DNA of 9,552 nucleotides from a virus (Duplodnaviria; Heunggongvirae; Uroviricota; Caudoviricetes): IMG/VR virus record IMGVR_UViG_2684622775_000004, positions 1 to 9,552 of that record; one strand, 5' to 3'. Shown piece by piece: positions 1 to 6,338 of this stretch (position 1 is its first letter; each line of letters starts with the position of its first letter). The notes under the pieces were generated by a model. It saw only the letters and a program-made list of their open reading frames with translations, ran no database searches and was not told where the DNA came from. The position numbers and the translations under genes were made by a program.

Positions 1-56
1 GGGAGAAATCCCTCGCCACCTCTGATGTGGCAGGCATCCTCAACGCACCCGCACTT

Positions 57-89
57 AACCCGCTTCGGCGGGTTTTTGTTTTTATTTTC
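57..89 (+). terminator. Rho-independent terminator: stem AACCCGC / loop TTCG / GCGGGTT, then TTTTTGTTTTTATTTT
   Basis: Perfect 7-bp GC-rich stem with a tetraloop followed by a long T-run, read directly from the sequence; it ends an upstream transcription unit lying outside the window. Confidence 0.7.
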
Positions 90-204
90 AACGCGTTTGA
101 AGTTCTGGACGGTGCCGGAATAGAATCAAAAATACTTAAGTAGCGCGCAGGGATAAGAGGGATGGTCCCTTAAAGGGGAGAGCTAATTATCCGGAAGGAT
201 TCTG

Positions 205-456
205 ATGATGAACATCGAAGAACTGCGTAAAATTTTTTGTGAAGATGGCCTCTATGCTGTGTGCGTTGAAAATGGAAATCTTGTTAGTCATTACCGCATT
301 ATGTGTTTGCGAAAGAATGGGGCTGCGTTAATTAATTTTGTGGATGGTCGAGTGACAGACGGATTTATCTTGCGCGAAGGTGAGTTTGTCACTTCATTAC
401 AGGCACTGAAAGAGATCGGAATAAAAGCAGGCTTTTCAGCTTTTGCAGAAGAATAA
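205..456 (+). CDS. Small lambdoid-prophage protein, Rem-like (83 aa), function unknown
   Basis: ATG at 205 with GGAAGG Shine-Dalgarno 6 nt upstream. The 83-aa length and position immediately upstream of a DUF968 (ydfU-like) gene match the rem-ydfU arrangement recalled from the Qin prophage. No symbol assigned because the identification is by size and context, not an alignment. Confidence 0.55.
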   Translation: MMNIEELRKIFCEDGLYAVCVENGNLVSHYRIMCLRKNGAALINFVDGRVTDGFILREGEFVTSLQALKEIGIKAGFSAFAEE

Positions 457-522
457 ACTCATCTACAATCTTGCGCGGGGCTGAACTCCCGCTGAGTAAC
501 ACCGTGCCACCGGAGAAAACCG

Positions 523-801
523 ATGGCACGCAACGTAAAATATTACAATTCTGATAATTCGCCCGTTCTTGCCTGCACGCACGGGCGGTATTCTCACGCA
601 TTCAAGTCTGAATGGTTCCAGCACCCTCCATGCACTGCAGAACAGGCCGAATGGCTGATTCATTCTTACCGCAGGCGCGGGTTCGAGGTTAAGAAAGCTC
701 TCAGTCTCGACTATCGGCACTGGATAATCTCTGTCAGGCTGCCTTATTCCGAACGCCCACCACGTGCGTCCCGCACTTTCCAGCAACGGATCTGGAGGTA
801 A
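523..801 (+). CDS. Hypothetical 92-aa protein with a Cys/His cluster, translationally coupled to the downstream DUF968 gene
   Basis: ATG at 523 preceded by GGAGAAAA. The stop TAA (799-801) lies inside the GGAGG ribosome-binding site of the next gene, whose GTG start is at 803. Cys/His cluster in ...LACTHGRYSHAF...HPPCT.... No family recognised. Confidence 0.4.
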   Translation: MARNVKYYNSDNSPVLACTHGRYSHAFKSEWFQHPPCTAEQAEWLIHSYRRRGFEVKKALSLDYRHWIISVRLPYSERPPRASRTFQQRIWR

Positions 802-802
802 C

Positions 803-1852
803 GTGCGGGTATTAGTGACTCCTGAAATTGCTCACCGTCTGGGGATTGTACTTTTCAGGCCCGGTCCTGATGCGATGCCTTTGTTTATGCAGGGGCGTGT
901 GCTGGTGGAGCCTGAACCGAAAAGCATGCGCAATCTGCCGCCCGGTGTCGTTCCTGCCGTTCGCCAGCCGCTGGCGGAAGATAAATCATTACTGCCATTT
1001 TTCAGCGATGAGCGGGTGATTCGTGCTGCTGGTGGCACTGGTGCACTGTCTGACTGGCTGTTACGCCACGTTAAATCCTGCCAGTGGCCTCATGGAGACT
1101 ATCACCATAGTGAAACCGTCATACATCGTTACGGTACCGGCGCAATGGTGTTGTGCTGGCACTGTGACAACCAGCTGCGTGACCAGACCTCCGAATCACT
1201 CGGGCAGCTTGCTCAACAAAATCTGACAGCCTGGATGATTGACGTCATACGTCACGCAATAAGCGGTACACAGGAGCGGGAATTATCGCTGGCTGAATTA
1301 TCCTGGTGGGCGGTCTGTAATCAGGTAGCGGACGCACTACCGGAGGTAGTATTACGTCGTTCTCTGGGGTTACGTGCGGAAAAAATCCGCTCTGTGTACC
1401 GCGAGAGCGACATCGTACCGGGAGAGCAGACAGCCACCAGCATACTGAAGCAGCGCACAAAAAATTTTGCGTCGTTGCCTCGCGCCCACCAGCAACCGAA
1501 CCCACCACAGGAAAAGACGGTTGTAAGTATCACAGTTGATCCGGAGTCACCGGAATCTTTCATGAAGCGGCCTAAACGTCGTCGCTGGGTGAATGAGAAA
1601 TACACGCGCTGGGTAAAAACACAGCCGTGTACGTGTTGTGGTAAGCCAGCAGACGATCCCCATCACCTGATTGGTCACGGTCAGGGCGGAATGGGGACAA
1701 AAGCCCACGATATTTTTACGTTGCCGCTGTGCCGGGAACATCACAACGAACTTCATGCAGATCCGCAGGCGTTCGAAGAAAAGCATGGTTCTCAGGTTGA
1801 TTTAATTTTTCGTTTTCTTGATCACGCCTTTGCAACAGGCGTACTCGGATAA
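803..1852 (+). CDS. DUF968-family prophage protein (YdfU-like) with a C-terminal HNH/His-Me-finger-like motif
   Basis: Long ORF in frame with the 764..1852 track entry. Proposed start is GTG 803, 4 nt after GGAGG (794-798), giving 349 aa, the length recalled for YdfU. The C-terminus carries CTCCG...HHLIGHGQGG...CREHHNELH (CxxC...HH...CxxHHxxxH). Start uncertain: GTG 764 is the alternative. Confidence 0.8.
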   Translation: MRVLVTPEIAHRLGIVLFRPGPDAMPLFMQGRVLVEPEPKSMRNLPPGVVPAVRQPLAEDKSLLPFFSDERVIRAAGGTGALSDWLLRHVKSCQWPHGDYHHSETVIHRYGTGAMVLCWHCDNQLRDQTSESLGQLAQQNLTAWMIDVIRHAISGTQERELSLAELSWWAVCNQVADALPEVVLRRSLGLRAEKIRSVYRESDIVPGEQTATSILKQRTKNFASLPRAHQQPNPPQEKTVVSITVDPESPESFMKRPKRRRWVNEKYTRWVKTQPCTCCGKPADDPHHLIGHGQGGMGTKAHDIFTLPLCREHHNELHADPQAFEEKHGSQVDLIFRFLDHAFATGVLG

Positions 1853-1864
1853 AAGAGGTTACTG

Positions 1865-2236
1865 ATGGGGATAGAATTTGTTTTGCCTTACCCGCCAACG
1901 GTGAACACCTACTGGCGACGTCGTGGCAGCACATATTTTGTATCAAAAGCCGGTGAGCGTTATCGCCGTGATGTGGCGCTTATTGTTCGCCAGCAGCGAC
2001 TGAAATTAAACCTGTCCGGAAGGCTGGCAATAAAAATTATTGCAGAGCCACCGGATAAGCGCCGCCGCGACCTGGACAATATCCTGAAGGCACCACTGGA
2101 TGCGCTGACGCATGCCGGACTACTTATAGACGACGAGCAGTTTGATGAAATCAATATTGTGCGCGGACTGCCTGTTCCTGGTGGGCGGTTGGGCGTGAAG
2201 ATTTACGAAATTACAGGTGATAACGATGGTGCGTGA
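1865..2236 (+). CDS. rusA: Crossover junction endodeoxyribonuclease RusA (Holliday junction resolvase)
   Basis: 123-aa product [21 protein letters not shown]...[29 protein letters not shown]... carries the RusA hallmark RRRDLDN...DAL...DD. AGAGG Shine-Dalgarno before ATG 1865. Typical nin-region position just upstream of Q. Confidence 0.9.
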   Translation: MGIEFVLPYPPTVNTYWRRRGSTYFVSKAGERYRRDVALIVRQQRLKLNLSGRLAIKIIAEPPDKRRRDLDNILKAPLDALTHAGLLIDDEQFDEINIVRGLPVPGGRLGVKIYEITGDNDGA

Positions 2237-2612
2237 TATTCAGCAGGTTATGGAGCGGTGGGGAGCATGGGCTGCGAACAATCACGAAGATGTGTCATGG
2301 GCGTCAATCGCTGCTGGTTTTAAAGGATTAATCCCGCCGAAAGTGAAATCACGCCCTCAGTGTTCTGATGATGATGCAATGATAATTTGTGGCTGTATGG
2401 CCCGGTTGAACAAGAAAAATCAGGATTTGCACGATTTGTTGGTGGATTATTACGTAGGTGGAATGACTTTTATGGGGTTGGCACGAAAGCATGGGTGTTC
2501 GGATACCTGTATTGGCAAGCGCCTGCAGAAAGCGGAAGGGGTTATTGATGGCATGTTGATGATGCTTGATATCCGACTGGAGATGGACAGATACGTAGAA
2601 CGAATCATGTAG
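2226..2612 (+). CDS. Late-gene antitermination protein Q, short phage-82/DLP12 (QuuD) type
   Basis: Product [35 protein letters not shown]...[17 protein letters not shown]...[10 protein letters not shown]... has the conserved core of the ~127-aa 82-type Q proteins. ATG 2226 has AGGTGA 5 nt upstream and overlaps the rusA stop (2234-2236). The ORF track starts at GTG 2217, an alternative. Confidence 0.85.
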   Translation: MVRDIQQVMERWGAWAANNHEDVSWASIAAGFKGLIPPKVKSRPQCSDDDAMIICGCMARLNKKNQDLHDLLVDYYVGGMTFMGLARKHGCSDTCIGKRLQKAEGVIDGMLMMLDIRLEMDRYVERIM

Positions 2613-2616
2613 GAGC

Positions 2617-2646
2617 TTGACCAGACACATTGTCCGGGGCTATATT
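2617..2646 (+). promoter_or_regulatory. Candidate late promoter (pR'-like): -35 TTGACC (2617-2622), 18-bp spacer, -10 TATATT (2641-2646)
   Basis: Sigma70-like hexamers read from the sequence, located just after the Q stop where lambdoid phages place pR' and the qut site. Predicted transcription start near 2653. Confidence 0.4.
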
Positions 2647-2706
2647 CCTCACGCGCCAGCAAAATCTGGCGTCGGGATTGGCGTCCCGGATGAAAAAGGC
2701 GACAAC

Positions 2707-2730
2707 AGACGCGCCAGCGTCTTTTTTATT
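2707..2730 (+). terminator. Intrinsic terminator (tR'-like): AGACGC / loop GCCA / GCGTCT, then TTTTTTATT
   Basis: Perfect 6-bp stem plus T-run about 55-75 nt downstream of the candidate pR', analogous to the short terminated late leader that Q modifies. Confidence 0.55.
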
Positions 2731-2885
2731 GTCGTTTGCACTGTCACATCTCAATGGTGGGCTGTGTGGGGGCGGAGCGATCCGCGCCGGTTCCTTTTTC
2801 CCGGTTACGCCAACCCTGCACAGTTCACCACCATACTGATTGGCGTCAGCAGTGGTGATGATTCACATAGAAAAAGGATCATCCT

Positions 2886-3374
2886 ATGGCTATTCAAATC
2901 TCAGTTGAAACTCTTTCCCCGATCACCCATAACCAAATCCCTGTCATTACTACCGAGCTTTTGGCACAACTTTATGGCACCGAAACTAATAACATCAAAG
3001 TGAACTATACACGCAATGCCGAGCGTTTTGTTTGTGGGAAACACTACTTCAAATTGGAAGGGGCTGAGTTGCGGGAATTTAAGAACAAGGTTACTCAAAG
3101 TAACTTAGTTGCACCGCGTACAAAGCACCTCATCCTCTGGACAGAACGCGGAGCAGCCCGTCACGCCAAAATGCTGGAAACCGATCAGGCGTGGGAAGTG
3201 TTCGAAAAACTGGAAGACTGTTATTTCAGCCAAAAACAACCACCAGCAGCACAAAACACCCCAACCCAAAATGATGGATGCGCATTACTGATCCACTTCG
3301 ATAAACACGGTCAGGTCGACTTCACGGAAAAACTACCCGCCGATGCGATGGTATGCACTCTGGAACGGTTTTAA
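2886..3374 (+). CDS. ORF6N-domain protein (KilA-N/antirepressor-like, DNA-binding), cargo gene
   Basis: ATG 2886 with AAGGA Shine-Dalgarno. The N-terminal segment ...TTELLAQLYGTETNNIKVNYTRNAERFVCGKHYFKLEGAELREFKN...LVAPRTKHLILWTERGAARHAKMLETDQAWEVFEKLEDCYF matches the ORF6N pattern (LA.lYG...N..rN..rF..G.hYF.L...EL..f......LwTE.G...ak.L....A) as recalled from memory. Pro/Gln/Thr-rich linker follows. Confidence 0.7.
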   Translation: MAIQISVETLSPITHNQIPVITTELLAQLYGTETNNIKVNYTRNAERFVCGKHYFKLEGAELREFKNKVTQSNLVAPRTKHLILWTERGAARHAKMLETDQAWEVFEKLEDCYFSQKQPPAAQNTPTQNDGCALLIHFDKHGQVDFTEKLPADAMVCTLERF

Positions 3375-3450
3375 AAATTTTCCCCGAACGCTTTACGATC
3401 GTAAAAAGTTGAATATCCTGTTAAGAGTGGTTACTACGCCAAACAGCTTA

Positions 3451-3475
3451 AACCCGCCACTGAGCGGGTTTTTTA
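3451..3475 (+). terminator. Intrinsic terminator: AACCCGC / loop CACTGA / GCGGGTT, then TTTTTTAT
   Basis: GC-rich hairpin plus T-run about 77 nt after the ORF6N gene stop. Confidence 0.65.
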
Positions 3476-3596
3476 TGCCTGAAAAACGGTACAGGACGTT
3501 AAACGCGCTGGTGGTTGCGAATACTGGTCTTTCGGCTTGTATTTTTGTAAATCGATATATACTTATCTTGTGACCAGTAATGTCAGGGCAATTGAT

Positions 3597-4340
3597 ATGA
3601 ATGAAGCTTGTTCTGTTGTTTTTGTTCATTCCCCGTTTGTTGTGCTCTTTGAAGGAAAAGAGCTCTCTCTGGAAAGTGGTAGTGCACTTCTTGTCAGGGG
3701 GGGAGCTGGATCGTTATTGCCCTTTTCGGAATGTTTTCGGCGAATAAGTCTCAGTGAATCGACAATTATCCGTTACCTGTTGTGTGGAGACGAAAAACAG
3801 GATGTAGTTTTAGTCCGGCAAATACCACGATATCTTTGCGTGAGTTTTCCCAAGGCAGAATTGATGGGCATCCTGATTGATTATCTTTGTGAGGAAAAGA
3901 TTCATACGGACAATTTAGCGGAAATGCTTTCCTTTTCGTGTCTGGCGTTTTTCTCATCAGAGAAAATGTTTTCGTCGTTTCTGACCGCGTGTATTGGCAA
4001 TATTAGTGACAGGCTTAGTGCATTGTTTCGTACGGACATTGCAGCAAACTGGACTCTGAGAGATGTGTCTTCGCGGTTATGTATCAGTGAAAGTTTGTTA
4101 AAAAAAAGACTGAAAGAAGAAGGCACCTGTTTCAGTGAGTTGTTGCTTACAGAGAGAATGAGAATGGCAGCAATGCTGTTGAATCAATCTCGTTGCGCCA
4201 TCAACAGAATCGCTGCTCAGTGTGGCTATAATTTTACATCTTATTTTATCAGCGTATTCAGGAGTTATTTTGGTGTTACACCGGCAGGTTACAGGATGGC
4301 TGCATTCAATGAGATGAGTTTAAGTGTTACTCAAGAATAA
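3597..4340 (+). CDS. AraC/XylS-family transcriptional regulator, AppY/PerA/YdeO-GadX-like
   Basis: C-terminal dual helix-turn-helix ...NWTLRDVSSRLCISESLLKKRLKEEGTCFSELLLTERMRMAAMLLNQSRCAINRIAAQCGYNFTSYFISVFRSYFGVTPAGY closely resembles the DNA-binding domains of AppY and PerA as recalled. The N-terminus MNEACSVVFV... parallels the AppY start, supporting ATG 3597 over the track start 3537. The gene is visibly AT-rich relative to its flanks. Confidence 0.85.
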   Translation: MNEACSVVFVHSPFVVLFEGKELSLESGSALLVRGGAGSLLPFSECFRRISLSESTIIRYLLCGDEKQDVVLVRQIPRYLCVSFPKAELMGILIDYLCEEKIHTDNLAEMLSFSCLAFFSSEKMFSSFLTACIGNISDRLSALFRTDIAANWTLRDVSSRLCISESLLKKRLKEEGTCFSELLLTERMRMAAMLLNQSRCAINRIAAQCGYNFTSYFISVFRSYFGVTPAGYRMAAFNEMSLSVTQE

Positions 4341-4365
4341 TTGAATTTTGCACTCATTGAAAACA

Positions 4366-4391
4366 GGCTCGCTGCGGCGGGCCTTTTTTAT
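4366..4391 (+). terminator. Intrinsic terminator: GGCTCGC / loop TGCG / GCGGGCC, then TTTTTTAT
   Basis: 7-bp stem (one G-U pair) with tetraloop and T-run, 26 nt after the AraC-family gene stop. Confidence 0.6.
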
Positions 4392-4479
4392 ATCCGCGCC
4401 ACGTCCGGCGCACATCACATCAGATAACACCACACAAAAGGTATCTGCGGGTGCCTTTGACGGGGTGTTGTTTTTTTAC

Positions 4480-4502
4480 GGGCCGACAGTGGCCCTTTTT
4501 TA
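4480..4502 (+). terminator. Hairpin plus T-run immediately upstream of the lysis genes: GGGCC / loop GACAGT / GGCCC, then TTTTTTATT
   Basis: Read directly; it ends 5 nt before the AGGAG Shine-Dalgarno of the first holin-like gene. Could be a second Q-sensitive terminator or an insulator between the cargo island and the lysis genes. Confidence 0.5.
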
Positions 4503-4519
4503 TTTACAGGAGAAAAAGT

Positions 4520-4912
4520 ATGTCTGAACCCTTATCCGGTTCCGGCACGGCTGCGGCGCTCGGCGGGGCGACGGTATTCGGGCTGTTTACCGGAACGGAT
4601 TTCGGGATTGTGTTTGGCGCATTTGCCGGGGCGCTGTTTGTGGCCACAATGCCGCAGGCACTATCTGCCTGGCGTGTGGCAGCGCATTTTCTGGTGTCGT
4701 TTATCGTTGGCGTGCTGGGTGCGCATGTGCTGTCAGCCTGGATTGCATCAAAAACAGGTTATGACGGTACATCGGCGGATGCACTGTGTGCGGTGCTGGT
4801 GGCGGTGGTGTCGGTGAAGATTCTCTCGTTCATCCACCAGCAGGATATTGCATCGCTGGTGTCTGGCCTGTTCTCCCGCCTGCGGGGTGGAGGAGGCGGC
4901 AATGTTAAGTAA
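4520..4912 (+). CDS. Putative holin: small multi-TM membrane protein with Gly-rich charged tail
   Basis: ATG 4520 with AGGAG (4508-4512). 131 aa with 3-4 hydrophobic segments (TVFGLFTG..., FGIVFGAFAGALFVA, HFLVSFIVGVLGAHVLSAWIA, ALCAVLVAVVSVKILSF) and a ...RLRGGGGGNVK tail. First gene of the lysis cassette. Start preferred over track start 4451, which would span the terminator. Confidence 0.6.
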   Translation: MSEPLSGSGTAAALGGATVFGLFTGTDFGIVFGAFAGALFVATMPQALSAWRVAAHFLVSFIVGVLGAHVLSAWIASKTGYDGTSADALCAVLVAVVSVKILSFIHQQDIASLVSGLFSRLRGGGGGNVK

Positions 4913-5180
4913 CCTTCCCGGATTGCTGAATGTGGCGTTATGCACGGTTATCGTGCTGACGCTCTTTTTTTATCGTCGTCGTGATTCCAGACATAAACCG
5001 CTGATGTCATGGCTGGCCTGGTTGCTGATGCTGCTGTATGCCTTTGCGCCCCTCAGCTATCTGTGTGGTCGCCCGTTAGCAACGGGCTGGCTGGAAGTGT
5101 TTTTTAACCTGCTGTTCTGCGTGCTGGTGGTTCGTGCTCGTGGGAACGTTTCAAAAATCTTTGTATTACGAAGGCGCTGA
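4902..5180 (+). CDS. Putative second holin/antiholin-like membrane protein (92 aa, 3 predicted TM segments)
   Basis: ATG 4902 with GGAGG (4889-4893), overlapping the end of the preceding gene by 11 nt. Hydrophobic segments LLNVALCTVIVLTLFF, MSWLAWLLMLLYAFAPLSYL and WLEVFFNLLFCVLVV with basic loops. Ends 1 nt before the endolysin start. Confidence 0.5.
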   Translation: MLSNLPGLLNVALCTVIVLTLFFYRRRDSRHKPLMSWLAWLLMLLYAFAPLSYLCGRPLATGWLEVFFNLLFCVLVVRARGNVSKIFVLRRR

Positions 5181-5181
5181 G

Positions 5182-5727
5182 ATGAAGTCGAAAGATGAAA
5201 TTTTTGATGCTGTTCTTGGCAAAGAGGGCGGCTACGTCAACCACCCTGATGATAAAGGTGGTCCGACTAAATGGGGCATTACTGGAAAAGTTGCCCGTGC
5301 ACACGGTTATCAGGGGGATATTCGTGACCTGACGCGTGGGCAGGCCCTCGAAATTCTTGAAGCGGACTACTGGTACGGGCCACGTTTTCACAAGGTTGCG
5401 AGCCTGTCTCCGGAGATCGCTGCTGAATTGTGTGATACCGGCGTAAACATGGGGCCGTCAGTGGCATCCAGAATGCTTCAGCGCTGGCTTAATGTATTTA
5501 ACCAGAAAGGAGAGTTGTATCCGGACATTGATGCAGATGGTTGTATCGGCCCACGTACCATTAATGCGTTACGCGCCTATTTGTCAAAACGTGGCAGGGA
5601 TGGTGAGTTGGTGATTCTGACAGCGCTAAACTGTACGCAGGGAGATCGCTACCTTGAACTGGCAGAAAAACGTGAGGCTAATGAATCGTTCGTGTATGGC
5701 TGGATGAAAGAGCGCGTGGTGGTGTAG
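5182..5727 (+). CDS. Endolysin, glycoside hydrolase family 108-like N-terminus with a C-terminal peptidoglycan-binding-type domain
   Basis: N-terminal hallmark ...LGKEGGYVNHPDDKGGPTKWGIT... matches the GH108 EGGYxxxxxDxGGxTxxGIT motif. 182 aa, no signal peptide or SAR-type N-terminal TM segment. Track start 5134 rejected in favour of ATG 5182 directly after the holin-2 stop. Confidence 0.85.
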   Translation: MKSKDEIFDAVLGKEGGYVNHPDDKGGPTKWGITGKVARAHGYQGDIRDLTRGQALEILEADYWYGPRFHKVASLSPEIAAELCDTGVNMGPSVASRMLQRWLNVFNQKGELYPDIDADGCIGPRTINALRAYLSKRGRDGELVILTALNCTQGDRYLELAEKREANESFVYGWMKERVVV

Positions 5728-6044
5728 TTGGCATTAATGAGGCCAGTAAATCCAACCTGCGGTTAGCTTGTTATTAGACTTACCGAACAAGAAAAACGAC
5801 TGGAGAAAGAGTTCGGTTTTTATACCAAACAAAGAGGAGAATATGAATCAGTGAGTACAGAGAAAAATCCTCGGCAGATCGTATAAATCTTCTTTTAAAG
5901 CCGTCCGTTATGAAAGGAATAGAAAAGAAAGTAACTGCACGTCTTTATGTGACACGGTCTGCTTTTGCTATTTTTCTTTTGGAGGTTGTTATTTGCGCAT
6001 CAAGTGCAGATAGAGTTGCCCATCGAGATGGGCAACTTATGATA

Positions 6045-6338
6045 TTATTGTGAGCAATATACCCGAGCTTCCAGCGGAGTATAAATGCCGAAAGTGATAA
6101 AACCGAGCAATCCATTTACGAATGTTTGCTGGGTTTCAGTCTTAACAACTTTTTCTGCGCCACCACAAATTTTGGCTGCATCGACAGTTTTCTTCTGACC
6201 AATTCCAGAAACGAAGAAATGATGAGTGATGGTTTCCTTCGGTGTTACTGTTGTCGGTTGGTTTTCAACAGTAAACGTCTGTTGAGCACATCCAGAGATA
6301 AGCAGGGCCAGCGTGAAAGTGAGTAGCGTTTTTTTCAT
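6045..6338 (-). CDS. bor: Bor/Iss-family outer-membrane lipoprotein (serum-resistance-associated)
   Basis: 97-aa product MKKTLLTFTLALLISGCAQQTFTVENQ...ETITHHFFVSGIGQKKTVDAAKICGGAEKVVKTETQQTFVNGLLGFITFGIYTPLEARVYCSQ is near-identical to lambda Bor as recalled. Signal peptide with lipobox ISGC. Convergent orientation after the lysis genes, as in lambda. Confidence 0.9.
   Translation of the reverse strand: MKKTLLTFTLALLISGCAQQTFTVENQPTTVTPKETITHHFFVSGIGQKKTVDAAKICGGAEKVVKTETQQTFVNGLLGFITFGIYTPLEARVYCSQ

Noticed and set aside
463-786. 107-aa ORF on the - strand, antisense to the 92-aa ORF
   Set aside because: It fully overlaps a + strand ORF that has a proper ribosome-binding site and coupling to the next gene, has no convincing Shine-Dalgarno of its own, and the product is Arg/Pro-rich, typical of an out-of-frame read of GC-rich coding DNA.
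2740-2885. Possible tRNA gene in the Q-to-lysis leader, as found next to stx in Stx phages
   Set aside because: No GTTCGAATC-type T-loop or cloverleaf-compatible segment found by eye. Only a small GCGGA-GCGA-TCCGC hairpin (about 2780-2795) with a weak T-run.
2617-3003. 128-aa + strand ORF (and the overlapping 2630..2839 ORF) between Q and the ORF6N gene
   Set aside because: It begins inside the candidate late promoter, runs across the tR'-like terminator hairpin and into the ORF6N start in another frame, and has no ribosome-binding site. Most likely non-coding leader.
3343-3629. ORFs of 76 aa (+) and 78 aa (-) spanning the ORF6N-to-AraC intergenic region
   Set aside because: Both span the intrinsic terminator at 3451-3475 and the AT-rich promoter region, with no ribosome-binding site. 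The + strand ORF overlaps the end of the ORF6N gene out of frame.
4451-4519. N-terminal extension of the first holin-like gene (track start at 4451, 153 aa)
   Set aside because: The extension would be translated through the terminator hairpin at 4480-4502 and has no Shine-Dalgarno. ATG 4520 has a strong AGGAG at ideal spacing.
4608-4945. 69-aa + strand and 65-aa - strand ORFs inside the holin-like genes
   Set aside because: Alternative-frame or antisense reads of GC-rich coding sequence; Cys/Arg/His-rich products with no independent translation signals.
5910-6053. 47-aa ORF (MKGIEKKVTARLYVTRSAFAIFLLEVVICASS...) between the endolysin and bor, considered as a possible small lipoprotein/o-spanin
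   Set aside because: No Shine-Dalgarno. The VVIC motif is not a canonical lipobox (position -1 is Ile). No Pro-rich periplasmic segment. It overlaps the convergent terminator palindrome and the 3' end of bor.
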